From: Takakia lepidozioides
Taxonomy: Eukaryota > Plantae > Bryophyta
Assembly: GCA_030704615.1 (NCBI GenBank)
Contig: CM060731.1
Coordinates: forward strand, 18,848,001 to 18,912,000
DNA: 64,000 nucleotides
Direction: 5' to 3'
Shown here: in pieces, positions 47,401 through 60,520 of the stretch
How positions within the stretch are numbered: the stretch's first letter is position 1
How the letters are laid out: every line of letters begins with the position of its first letter
Translations under genes and position numbers: made by a program
The notes under the pieces: generated by a model
Told to the model about the DNA's origin: nothing
Seen by the model: only the letters and a program-made list of their open reading frames with translations
The model's database searches: none

Positions 47401-50400
47401 GTGTGAGCATAGTGGCACTGAATTTAAGAGAAACCAAACCATATAGATAATTGAATCATGTTTGAATCAGTAACAAGGACTAATTGCCCACTCTGTGCAT
47501 TGAGGGAACCGGGATGAAAGTTTCAACAGCGCTGTGAGTGCAAACGCTACTGCAGTTGGAGTCACTCGAATATCTTTCAGGACAGTCTCGACTACATCCA
47601 CTGCATCTGATTCTGTGACCTGCAAGGAGAACCATCCCACACCATAATATTAGTTGACGAGTGAAACATTTTTCTTTCGGAAAGAGAACCACTTACTAAA
47701 CTTTCAACGCCAAAGAAACAAGGGTTAAATTCCCCTATCCACAAGAACCCTTGTCAATGAAATGTCAGGATATTTTTGCATCAAAGTGATTGGAGATTGA
47801 AAAATATGCTGACAGTCAATATCAGGTACTTCCAACATCAACAATAGTTTTTTTGTCTTCAACAGCATGGCTCCAAATCATGCAAGGTGGCAATCTTCAC
47901 TCTGGCTCTCACTAAGCTATTATTAAGCCACGACAATGATCTTCTGATCCACACAGAATATCTCAGGTCAGCTGATCCTGAAGAAACTTCCTTGGTCGAC
48001 AAGGAGATAGATCTGAAAAAACATGTTTGAGTATGTAAACTAAGGGAGCGTTGCCAGATGTTATTGATCCCCAATAAAAGACTCCTGAGGGATGCCTCTG
48101 ATCTAGATAGTAGATGCAACACTGCAAGGGGTAGACTCCAGTATCTCCATCATGAATCTGAGCAAGCATCAGCTGCAGGTAGGACTGAATGTAAGAGCTG
48201 GAGGAAAATGCTTACAGTAAGAGCCTCCTCACTTTCCAACTCGTTCAAATGGTTTATCAACATTTCACCATATTCACCGATGCACCACACTGTAACTTGT
48301 GCCAGGCTTTCCTGTTCTCATGGACATGCCGTTCTCAGTATATCTTGAAATGAATCATCAAACAGTAATAATCCTCTGAATCTGAAGTCTCTAGATTGTG
48401 TTGACGTACCCACCAATGATGCAGTTTATACAGTAGCCAACTCTGACAAACTTTAAAACAATATCCAGTTATAATCACATCTCATTAGACCTAGGGCAAA
48501 CTTCAGGAAATCACTCCTTATGAGCTTGCCTGCTTAAACAGACATAGGATGCACACTCTGTGGAAATAAGAGGCTGAATATCCTCAAGACATGAATAAGC
48601 AAGAGAATTTCAAACTAAATCAACATGATTTTAAATTCAAACACCCTCAAAGAGAAAGGGAAGACTGTACCTGCCCATCCCATGCTTGGAATACACGATA
48701 TAGTGTCCTAACTGTATAGCCATGAAGCTCAGATGCATTGCTAATAACCACCACTAGTGAACGGGTGACATCTTCAGTCACATACTTCCCAGCCTGCGCT
48801 ACCAAACAACCATACCACAAAGTTAAGAACATATTGAGCACAGGTGTAGGGCGAAGAGAACACATGCTTGAACAGGAATGCTCCCATCTGACCCTTTTCT
48901 CCCAGAGCAACCATCACATTATTTGAATGTCAAGAGGTGACACACCTAATCATCTTGTTTACAAGGCAAGAGTTGGTCGTGGTTTTTGGTCGCAGAGTAT
49001 ATCCACATGGCTTTCATGTCTGACTGTGTACTAGACCTGGTCGACAGGTTATTATTGTACTTCTTTGTTGCTACAAAGTTGTATTAATGCTCTAATTTTC
49101 AGTATGTCATGAGAGAAATTGAACCCTCATTCGTCTTGCTAAGATTAAAACGCACCTGGGAAAGCGAGTATACTTAACTGTTGATGAATTAGCCTGACAA
49201 GTACTGCACTTATTATCATTGAAGTGTCTTGCAAGTCAACAATAATGAAGGCCAGGGAGTATGTCCTTGCCTGTTTGCATCTTCCAAACCGAGAAAGTAA
49301 AAGTAGAAGTGTGGAGTAGTGGGTGTTAGTTGATCTACCTCAACCATCAGTGAAATCATTTGGTCGATATACCACTGCCTATTTGGAGCAAATCTGCACA
49401 TGAACCACAGAAACCCAGTTTTGCTCCAATTGAAGGATGATGTGAACCTAAACTGGTTGACACATTCACCAGACATTGAATGCAGAAAAACATCACTAGC
49501 TGAAGGTTTGAACTCCTGGCTCTAAGGAGCTAAAGGTTCCATGATATTTGGCATGCAAAGGGAGGTGGACGCAAGGCTACAGAAAAGTTGATCCAATCAC
49601 TACAACTTGCACTCCATGCCATGCTCTTACGTCAACGCGTGGCATGAAAATATAAGTCAGTACAGCCTTCAACATATATGTGCCACTCCCATTACCAAGC
49701 TTAGAGGCGCCATGCTTCCCGTGATAGCACGTCAGCAACATATCCACCTGCTCTAAGCAAAGTTGGGGAATGGAAAGACACATATCTTGAGAATTCCAGA
49801 ACATTCAAAGTGAAAGGAAGTTGCTTTTACATAACCCAAGGCAGATGCCAAAGAAGAGATTAACTTCAACTGAGTTTTCTCCTAGCACAACACATACATG
49901 CAGAGAGAGCTGACAACACAGAACACCAGACATTAAATGTAGCGTGGAGCCTTACTTCTGCACAAGAGAGGATATTTTGGCTGTAAGATCCACTTTAAAC
50001 TCAGGATCACTGTCTTTGAGGTATTCGACCAATTCCTTAGTCAATGCCTTAACATTAATCTCATTGACAAGTGCATATACGAGCTCCAGTGCTCGTCTTC
50101 TTATGGAAACATCCGAATCCTGCACAGGTAAACTAAAATGATGTGACCTGCAGAGTAGTAGCTCCATCGAAAGCTCCTTGGAAAACAACAATAGGCAAGA
50201 CTTAGGCTTACAGTATTGTCTGTGCCAGCAGTTCAAGTCAGTTTTGAACCTTAACTTGTTGCACAACACAGATATCTTTTCATCAGAAAAAAGTAACTTT
50301 CATGAAGTTAACAATGTTAGAAGAACATATAATCTTCTCTTCTTGTGTCCTTCAAAACTTCTGAGTCATGGCAAAACCAAAAGCATTTTGCTAAGGACAT

Positions 50401-53400
50401 TCTTCAGAACACCTGTGGGCCAGTACAGCAACCTCACTTGATACAAACTGGCCTTAGACCATCTAGGTGCTAAGAGACAAGAGACAGGTCAAAACCTTGA
50501 CACATTCCACGATAGTAGTGCGATGTCGCTGAACAGCTTGAGTGTCCACAGATACCACCTTCACCAATGTGTTGAGTGCCACATATCTGCACACACAGCA
50601 ATTTACCTGGAGGCTTCTTATACCATACTACTTCTCATTCTTCGTCTTGCAGAGCCACAAAAGCCTGCATGCACACACCTAGCATCCATCACCTCTCACA
50701 CAAGGCCACAAACATTTCTAACATCACCTGAAACCAAGAGCAACTTAAGTAACTACAATCCAGTGACCTAACAAAGGCAGGTTGCTTGCTACCTTTACCC
50801 CACCTCACTCTGGGTCTTATGACATACATCACCAGCACTCACGGTGGTATGTGGCTAACCGAGCTCTCCCTTTGCAAACGTAACCAGAACTATTAGCCCT
50901 AATAGTAGGTGCAAAGCAGAACATACCTGAGGAAAGCACTAATTAAGCTCCCTTAACAACCTACCTTATGTTGTTGTCGCGATTTGCCAGAAAGCGGCCG
51001 AGGATGTTGATGGCAAGGACCCGAAGACCCCCAATGGCCTCTATGGCCATGATTGTCTGCACACACTCATACAGGATGGCATTGCCTGCATTCTTGTTCC
51101 CTTCTGTGTTTGTTGCAACCTGCCCAACAGCCCACGACCTTTTCTCGTGAAACTCCCTTGCTCCAAAAGGTCAAAAGATTCCAGTAGCAAGATGACGACT
51201 GAGACCTTTGAAGTACACACTCCTTCCAACTTAAGCATTAATTGCTTGAACTCAAGCATTTGTCCATCAATGCAAGGTATGCTACATGAAAGCCAAATGC
51301 CCAATGTCCGAGCCTGCAATATCAGCATCTTACATCCATTGAACCACCTCTCTGTTTTTCAGTGTGCCACAAAATCCATGTGAAAGCCCAGACAAAGGTC
51401 AGGGGAGCCAAGTGGCCACAGTAGTGCTCCGCTGCTGTCAATGTTCCACAAAATCAGCATGCTGCCTTCTTTAGCAATGAGATATGATGACTGTACCTGT
51501 GCAAGAATGTCACTCATAATATCACTTGAATCTGCATCACCCTTGCCCACAAGTCGCAGCAGTCTAAGAAGCCTGATTTGCAAAAAGGGATCTGTGATAC
51601 CGCCCACATCATACTCGGGCGCATAGCCACTTATGACCAAGTTCTTCAATATGCGTACCAACGTAGACGATTGCTGCACATTAATCACCACACATATATA
51701 CTTAGAAGACATCAAGACTGTTCGTATGCAATTTGGAACATGTATTTACGCTAACAAGTCGGGCAGGAGCATGTGTGACATGTAGAACCTCCTATTGCGA
51801 GCAGTGTACTTTGGACTGTTACAAGTGTTGAATACCCACACAATGGAAAACCTAGAAAATTTCGACACATGTACCTTTCTGAAGTGTTCAAGGGCCAGCC
51901 CACTGGCCTGACAGAGCTCTGTGCACAGCTTCACTCCAGCAATTAGAACACCATGATGTTTGTCTGTGAGAAGCCCTGTAGCTGGGACCATCATAAATTC
52001 AATGAGGTCCGGTACCTTCCGAACAATCCGCACTGAGCACAAGGCTGCCTACAAGACCACACAATCCCACCGAGCACTAATGAGGCCCTCCCCTTCTGTC
52101 TTTGTATTACTGTGTTGGAAGGAAAGGAAAATGAATATGTTTCCTACCAACAAAATAGTAAATCCAAGCAAGAAGACACAAGGACAACATCACCCCGTAA
52201 AAAGGGTGGGTTCAGCAGAATGCCGAGCAGGAAGGCTGGAGCACCAAAATCTTAGTGGCAGATAATATCAGTAAACCTGTCACCTCTTTTGTTGACTTGT
52301 GAACTTTGATAAATAAATACAAGGAAGATAAATGCAGTTCTTTTACTATACCTTTTTGCGAATGTAAGAATTGTTATTGTGCAGAAGCTTTTCCACTTCA
52401 GGGGCAAGATCCCGTGCCATTTCAGCTGTACATATATTGCCGAGCGCACAGAGCGCCAATCCCGTGATGAACTGATTTGTGTGATTCAAGTCACTGCTCT
52501 CAAGTCAAAGGAAGATCAATAGTAATGACATCACCTAATGTCTGATGGAGGAGGCAAACCAATTGTACCAGAGCACCTACTTGAAACACTGCTGATTCCT
52601 GGGCTTCATTGTTGTCCAGACAACATGAAAGTATTACAAACCTCCTTGGTTCTACGAAATAGGTGCTTTGCATCCGAAAAAAATTCATTGACCATTGCTC
52701 CAGATAATTTTCATGAGCAAACATAGTCCGAGACTATAGCAAACTGACAGAGGAGGCTCAAACACACAAGGGTTTAGTCAAAAGCTACAAACCCATGGTG
52801 GGGGCCAGCCAGGGTGGGAGGATGTTCAAAGAGAGAAAGAGAGTAATTGAAGCTGGGGCAACTGGCCTGTATGACTATGAGGGCACTTAGCTAGGGATCC
52901 AGAAAGAGAATTTATGGACACAGACAAGAAGAAACGGAACTAATAGTGCGGATACTTTTTTAGAGAATTGGTAACCAACATCAGGACCTCCTGGCGCTCG
53001 TCAAGTAGCAGCATAAGCCCCAAGTATCCAATTCTCTTCTCAGGAAAGCTGCCTGATGCAATCAACTTAATGCATTCCATCTGACCGAAGTGTGTGGGAT
53101 ACCCCAACATGTGGATGAACATGAGCTTCGCCACATTGCGATGCCGATAGTCCTGGTCATTCTCTTTAAATGCATTCCGCAAAACTGCACACTCTTTGGC
53201 AACAACCCCCCTTTCCTCTGCTGCTGTTTTACAAGCCCGAATTGAACGGATCATATCCCTGCAGTTACCAAACATGGTATTTCAAAGCCCACGCTTCAGA
53301 AATCAAACTCACAAGTTGACACATAAGAAGTCTTGAATATGATAGATCATATCAAGGCTGCTTACTACACAATGCAGCAATGAGGGTAGGTAATGTGTAC

Positions 53401-54754
53401 AGATCATCATAAGGATAAGCCTTGTAATCAACTTCTAGAGGAATTATTTGATCTAGGAGTTCTCATCTCCCAACCCAACAAAATACATCGTTCACTGTGT
53501 TATGGAAATGCTTGGCCACATTTACCCACCAGAAATGACTTTACATGGTCATACACCCTAGCTATATTCACCAAATTCAAATGCATTACTCTGCTTCAGA
53601 GGGCTTGGACACTTTAGCACTATAGTGGACTTCCACAAAGCTCTGTTGTGTGTCACTTTCAATGCTCCTTTCTATACTCCACAACTTTGGCATGAGATCC
53701 TTTACAGACTTAGTCAACTGCCATTGGCTTAAAAATACATCGCTTGTATAATCTTGGAACACAAGGTTTGGGAGGAAGGTATGATAATTTGCTAAACATG
53801 GACATCCACTGCCACGCTCATTGCAGAATAAATGCAAAGGAGGTGAAGTGTTGTGCTCAACTGCATCTATCCCATGTATAATAAGCCTTGTTATGGGCTC
53901 TTCAGATTTACCATCCTAGTGCTGCAAGTTGAACACTTACCTCAGCTAAATTTCTCTGCGTAGCCATTCACCAACCGATCAGCATTGGTACTTATTGGAG
54001 ATTGCAAAAAAGGGTTTACCATCCCCACAAAGACGCGATGATACAATGCCCAACAAGCTTCATTCTATGTGGCTGAAATGGAGTATATGTTTCTATGCAC
54101 ATCATCCATCCATCATTTGAAGTAGTCAAATGCCTAAAGTACAGTGTGGAGTTAAACCTAATGTATGTTCATATGTCTTTGCATAAACGAAGCTCCCTCA
54201 AATGAACCAGAGATAGACACAAGCTGATCTGTGCAGGCGCCAAGGTTAGCAACAATCTTGGCTCCAGTTCGACTTATGGACTCTCATCCTTGGCAGATGT
54301 CTGTCACTGTGTGATTGGCACTAAGCTGTTAGCGATACAGAGGAGTCCTGAAGACTTCAAAGGCAGCTAACAAGATGTGAAACGCCAGCTAAACCTTCAG
54401 GAAGGTCATCACGCCTCTACCCTTCTACAAGCCTTCTTACGAGCGACCCTGAGTCTCCAACAAGTTTATAGAAATGAGAATCACTCGTAAGAATGCGACT
54501 GGTCTGAAATGACATTGCTTCCGTCTACTGACGTTGTATATCTGTAATCACCAGATCCAGTACATACCTACTACACTGTGAGATCCTTCATTTGCTCTTT
54601 GACAATGAAATGACCCTAGAAGATGCAAAGGCAAAGAATCATCGGCCTCATTACCGACAGCAATGTTGATGGAAATCTCCCCTGGAAAAATCGTACTGTA
54701 GATAATTAAAGGAAGAGGGACATGGAGAGAGCTACACCTTAGTCTGGTCCCCAT
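44473..54754 (-). CDS. AP1G: AP-1 adaptor complex gamma subunit (gamma-adaptin), multi-exon
   Basis: MGTRLR|[98 protein letters not shown], hinge with DLL motifs, ear domain [27 protein letters not shown]. Stop at 44475-44473. Confidence 0.96.
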
Positions 54755-54807
54755 GATGAGCTAATCAGTCCTTAGAGAAGATGATCCCGTGATCCGCCGT
54801 CCTGATC

Positions 54808-55001
54808 TGCTACACGATGGCGCTGCCCAGAGTCCTCTTTACAATCAAGCCATCTATTCAGAGCCTCCATCCACCGGTATTACCTCTCGATATGGCTAGC
54901 CATCCTGGTTTGCTGCACGATGGCGCTGCCCAGAGTCGTCTTTGCAATCAAGCCATGTATCCAGAGCCTCCATCGATCGGCATTACCTCTCGATATGGCT
55001 A
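54808..55001. repeat. ~103-bp tandem duplication in the AP1G 5' leader
   Basis: acgatggcgctgcccagagtc.tcttt.caatcaagccat...ttacctctcgatatggctag occurs at ~54814 and ~54917. Confidence 0.9.
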
Positions 55002-55145
55002 GGGCGGTTTCTTTGTGGGGGAGAAAGAGAGCAATGAAAGGCTTTCGAGAGACTTGTCCAAATTTTCCGTCAGGGACCGAAACTCGGCCCTTTCGTTCAC
55101 ATTTGCATAACGTTAAGTCCTGTCACATAGCTAAAAGCCGCTTAA

Positions 55146-58100
55146 TCCCTAGGGCCTAAACGCCCATGGGTAAATTTGACTCTTCCCAAAATGCCAAGTA
55201 CCCCTGGGGTGGAAAATTGCTGTAATTTCCGGGTAACTTGGAATTTTAAAATTTTGACATGACATTATCTTGCTACCTACCTCCTACATAGATCTACCAA
55301 ATTCCAGGGCAATGGGATGGAAATCAAGAAAATGCCGCCATTGCATGTACAATTGCTAGCAGTTGGTCAAAGTTAGGGGAGTCTTTCTTGGAGTTTTGGA
55401 GCTTGGAGCTTAGAGCTTGGAGCTTGCAATGAAGCTAGGCCCACTTTCACACATTATAACAGCAATTTAGAGTACTCAGCTCAAGCCTACCATACGCTGC
55501 CATTGCATGAGTGGGATTCGAACCCATATATCTATCCCAATTGGCAGCCCATGCATATACACAAGGAGGGGACATTTCACCCCCTTGTGTGCACCCTGCT
55601 TATAAGGGGACTAATTACCACTATGAGCCTACTTCTATACTACAATGATATTCTAATGAAATGGAAACTACCACACACATGTTGTTGTTTTATGTTTGCG
55701 CTGTTGATACCACAATCTATTCCATGACAAAAAACTGGCACTATCTACTCTACTTCGAATGATGGCGAGTCAATTGGAGTTGCAACACTACATGAACTGC
55801 ATGAACCTGTTGCACCAGCCATATACCACCAGTCCCACATAAACTACCAAAAAATAGCCTACACCAGCCATAGAATACCACCACTGCAAGCTCAGGAATT
55901 AAAGCAAATCTGTTGTACCAGCCACATATATTCAATTGAATGTGGGAGCTCAGCCAACACTTGCTTTGCTATGACATGCTTCTCTAACAAAAACGACGCA
56001 GTATCGGTCACAAGACCATGTATGATAATTGCAACTTGAAGCCAAGGCAGTGAATGACAAACGTGGCACTGTAGCCAAACTCAAATCAGTCAATCAACTA
56101 TGACATTGTAGCCAAGCTCTATCACCTAGTAGAACCTCTTCAATGTAATGCCAACATATACCCACCAACTCCTAGGCATGTCAGGGTATGCAAACAAAGA
56201 CAAAGACAAACCACATAGAAGGATAATTGCAGTGACCTGGATACTCCCTCCTTGTTATCCATCGTTTCATGATCTCTGCAAATTGAAACAACATGTATCA
56301 ATTCCACAAAGCACTCACATGTATTAGAAGCCACTATGACATTTCACAAAACACCGGCCTAAGCAGCAGGACACATCTCCACATGTAGCACAAAAATACC
56401 CTCTGTCAAGCACCGCAAACCACACATTTTCTCCAATGGGAACTCTTCATAGAGAAGTGAAAGGATACAAGATTTGGAATAAGTAGCCATATCCAAATTG
56501 AATATAAGGTGTGACCTTGGTGTCTTAGTACCTCGGCCTTTCGTGAATGCAAGGTACATGATGTAGGTTGACCAGAGAAGAGTCCACTAAATGGAAGTAC
56601 AGTCTCTACCACCATTGATGGTCACGGGTCTGTACACTATATTAGTAGCCCCTTAGTTGGTCTTGAATATCAACCCCTCACATGTGTTGTTGATAATGTA
56701 GCACAATTGGAGAGGTATAGACCATGCGCCAAACACCTTTGTGCCATCGCCCTATGAAGGTACCCACAGCCTCTGGGCTCACAGCAGTAATCAACAGGTT
56801 CACGCATTTAGCATCAACCATGACAAAACACACAACTTTCCATAAATGTGCATATGCCACTGCAACCTTCCCCTTTCGCCCTTTTTCCAAACAATTAGGA
56901 AATCTCGCACATTGGGATTTCACAGTATCAGTAGCATAAATTCTCGTTGCATCCAAATCACAGAAAAGCAATGGGATAGAAAAAAAATTATCCATTGTAC
57001 AATATGATGACCTTTACTCTCAAATCCATCAAGTAAAAGACTAACCACGTAGTACCCCATGCCATGGGTGAGTGCACATAATTGGAGTTAGCATTTGCAA
57101 AACACCAAATTTTAACTCCTCATTTCATTAACTTCTTAGGCATGCACTGTTGCAGTTTGTTGTATTTACCTTTGTATTTCACCATCATCTCCGCGTCCAT
57201 CGTCAAATACTGCATACAGATCATTATGAGCATCTATCAACCATATCGTTTTGGCTAATTTATCATATCCAAGTGCACCAGTCTCCACTACCACAATAGC
57301 GTTGTCAACAAGGTGAAGACACCTAGTTTTGCTTCCCACTCATGATACGGATAATTGAAGGGCACTTGAAGAAGTCATCATTAGCTTTCCAATACAGCCT
57401 AGTGCAGTTATGAAGCTTTTTGACCCCCATCAAGATATGGCCAAGCTCTAAGTTCATTCACAGTCAGTGGATACCACCACCTTCCTCCCTTGGTTCCTTC
57501 TCCGGAAGTTTCCGACTGAGCATACATGTTGGTCATCAAGCAAACCTTCTGCATGAGAGTCCAAGACCAGTATAGATTAAAAAAATCAATCGGTTGGGCC
57601 ATCAGTCAACACTACAACAGAAATAGGAATTTGTGACTGGGATTCATGACTATCTTCTAGTCATAAGTCCCTCATGACTAACAGTCATAAAACCGTGGTC
57701 GTAGAGCAACTGTAGTCACATGTACCTAACAGTCATAAGTCCCCATGACTGACTGAAGACAAGTGACGTGTCATCTGAGCGTGCTGACTGGAGGCTGATG
57801 TGTAGTCATATGTACCAGCGCTGTCATGACTACAGATACCCACATGGAGGCCACGCGGCGAGACGTCTACATGTCACATGTCCACATTTGACCCTATAGT
57901 CATAGTCATAGTCATATCAGCGCTGTCATGACTACATACATCTGCGTGGAGGACACACGGCAAGGCGCCTGCTTGACACATGTCCACATTGACATTTGAA
58001 ATTCAAATTTTGAATTTTGGCGGTTCAAAAATTTGAAATGTGCGTTGACCATTGACCCCACACCATCCCACACATTACTAGACAATACATACTTGAATCT

Positions 58101-59609
58101 AAGACCTCCGCATTATAGTATTACTAAGTCACTTTACACTAACCAACTCACCTATTACACATACATACACATTATAAGTGGTTTGATTGTATATAACCAC
58201 AACAAACTTTGAAATATAAAGAGAGTGACACGTCTAGTCATAGTCATATATACAGTCACAGTCACAGTCATGTAGTCATGTAGTAATATATGACTATGAC
58301 ATGTCATACAATCATAAACATGTGTACATGACACCTCATCCTATCTTAGACGTACTCATCACTGTTAGTCATATGTACCGTGACATGTCATCACATCTTA
58401 AACATGCACATGACTATTAGTCATATGTCTTGTGACATGTCATCACATCCTAGACTTGCACACGACTATCAGTCATATGTCCCGTCATATGTCCGTCCGG
58501 GAAATATTTTATATTTCTAACTGCATTCATGACTGTGTAGTCATCCATTTTGTCAGATGTGCCATGACTACAGGAAAGCCACAGTCATGAAACCCACCTT
58601 ATCTTGTAGTGCAAGTCGGGTATATTGTTCGGACCTAAATTCCCCCAAATCCACATTACCTTTTGACAGTGAATTCGTCCCACAATTCCACATATCATCA
58701 ACGAACAGAAGCTTTGCCGACCAATCTTGCCAATTCTCTGGCAAGTCATAAGCTCCCACCTTATGTGTAGTTTCCTAGTGTCAACACAATAGTCCCACAA
58801 ATTTGGATCGTCAGCATCACCAGGGTTAGAGTTTACCTCTCTAGCAAGATCATAATCCGAGTCAGAGTCATCAGACTCTGACAAAATATCATGGTTTTTT
58901 GTCCTCAACATTAACAGATCTCAATCCGAGCATTTCCTCCATAGTGTAACCAGTACTGACTTCATCTAAAAGCACACACAACCATGAAGGGACATAATGC
59001 ACACCATACCATAAAAAAGGATACAAGGTAAATCTCATGAGCTAAATCAACAATGTCCCAAGTTATAACTTCAAGATCTGACACCGCCGAACTTACAATG
59101 GCATTGGCATTGTAAGTCAATGGCATTTCAATCACTCAAGCCTACACATGAAGAACGGTGAGGGATCACAGCAGATAAGTGGTATCAATGCGAAGGTGAG
59201 GGAGACAAGGTTCAGCCGCAAATCAACAATGCAAGATGAAGGATACAGTGGGCAACGACCCCCTGCCACAATCGCATCGGCAACCTGCACACCTATCGCA
59301 GGCCAGTGAAGCTCCTAAACAACGCATAGGACTGAAGCGTGAAGGCAAACATGGGCAAATGAGCTGCATGAAAGAGAAGGAAAAAGTGCGGGAGATGTGC
59401 TCTCACCCCGCAAAACAAACCTTGTTGCCTTTGATTTCAAAAATCGTAACCCTAATGGAAAATCTGGAACAGCACACACTAGATTCCTGTCTGCCAGATG
59501 GATGGCATCCGCAGTCCGAAAATGGGGCCAATTGATCACAATTTGGAAAATTCATACGCAAAAAACCAAAATGAAAGGCCCTAAACAGGCCCGAATGGGT
59601 GCTTAGGGG
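55146..59609 (-). mobile_element. Second, diverged piggyBac family element (degraded transposase ~58910-56340); ends tentative
   Basis: Acidic N-terminus SESDDSDSD, GPNNIP..PIDFFNLYW..TNMYA, CLHLVDN, MVKYKGKY..MPKKLMK*GVKIW, MDNFFS, YQQHM..VDIQDQL, CVVCGA*QRVFCATC..CLGRCF..H. Left end TTAA|TCCCTAGG at 55142; right end TTAGGGG|TTGA at ~59609 (degenerate). Confidence 0.8.
57610..58611. mobile_element. Non-autonomous CACTA (En/Spm) element, 1002 bp, inserted in the piggyBac transposase
   Basis: Starts CACTACAA, ends TTGTAGTG. 3-bp target duplication CAA at 57607-57609 and 58612-58614. Dense AGTCAT/ATGACT subterminal repeats. Confidence 0.92.
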
Positions 59610-60520
59610 TTGATGGGTTTATTGGCAAACTAGCTGTACAAACAACCATTAACACCATTGACATTTTTATTTCACCTAATTGTGTCTTAACTTAACCGTT
59701 GGCTATTAAGAGTTAATGTAAATGTTGACTATTAATGACACTAATTGTTGTATGCAAACCTAGCCTTAAAAACCGTGCATAATGAGAAGAAAAGAAACAA
59801 TGAGATCTTCAAAATTGCTCAATGATTTCTTCTTTGGAATTAACTTCTTTGGAATTAAAGTACATGATTGAAAGATTTGAAATATAGTGTTGCAATTACG
59901 TTTATGACATTAGAACGTGCAATCTTGGTTTGAGCTTATATCGGTCATCGTCTCTTAAGCACATATATAAATAAAATATATATGAAGATGTCACAATCCA
60001 TGTTGCTCCTAGATATCTTGAGGATATTATCAAATGATTGGCAAACCTAATATTCCAAAAGTATGATTGGGTGGAAAGACGCACTTGATTGAGATATTGT
60101 CTATTGATCCTTAGTATTATATACATATTATATATTTATATTGAAAAGTTAAACGATTGTCCGCTAAGGAAGACATGGAGAGTGAAAGAAAAATGGATGT
60201 AAGTCCGACAAGATTTCTTTTCAGATATGCAGAGGGACGTCTTTTCACAACATGTGAAAGGTCACGTCTCTCAAACTTTTTTAATTGACGTTCTCCACTC
60301 TTTTAGGAAATTTGTTTTCTTTATCCTTTATAGACTTGTTGGATGTTGTCCTATAATTGTGATTCACAAACTAAATCACAAACTTTCAGTGGGTTGTTTT
60401 ACGTGGTAGTTTGGAGGAGCCGAGAGGTTCCAAATATGCATGAAATTCAAGGAATACAGAGAAAATGGTGATAAAATATTGATGGGTTGTTTCTAGAGGC
60501 CCAGCTGAAGCTTTTCAAAC

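Noticed and set aside
55513-55525. tRNA gene (B-box GGTTCGAATCCC on minus strand); similar A/B-box-like sequence at ~62965-63020
   Set aside because: No cloverleaf could be folded; at most SINE-like remnants.
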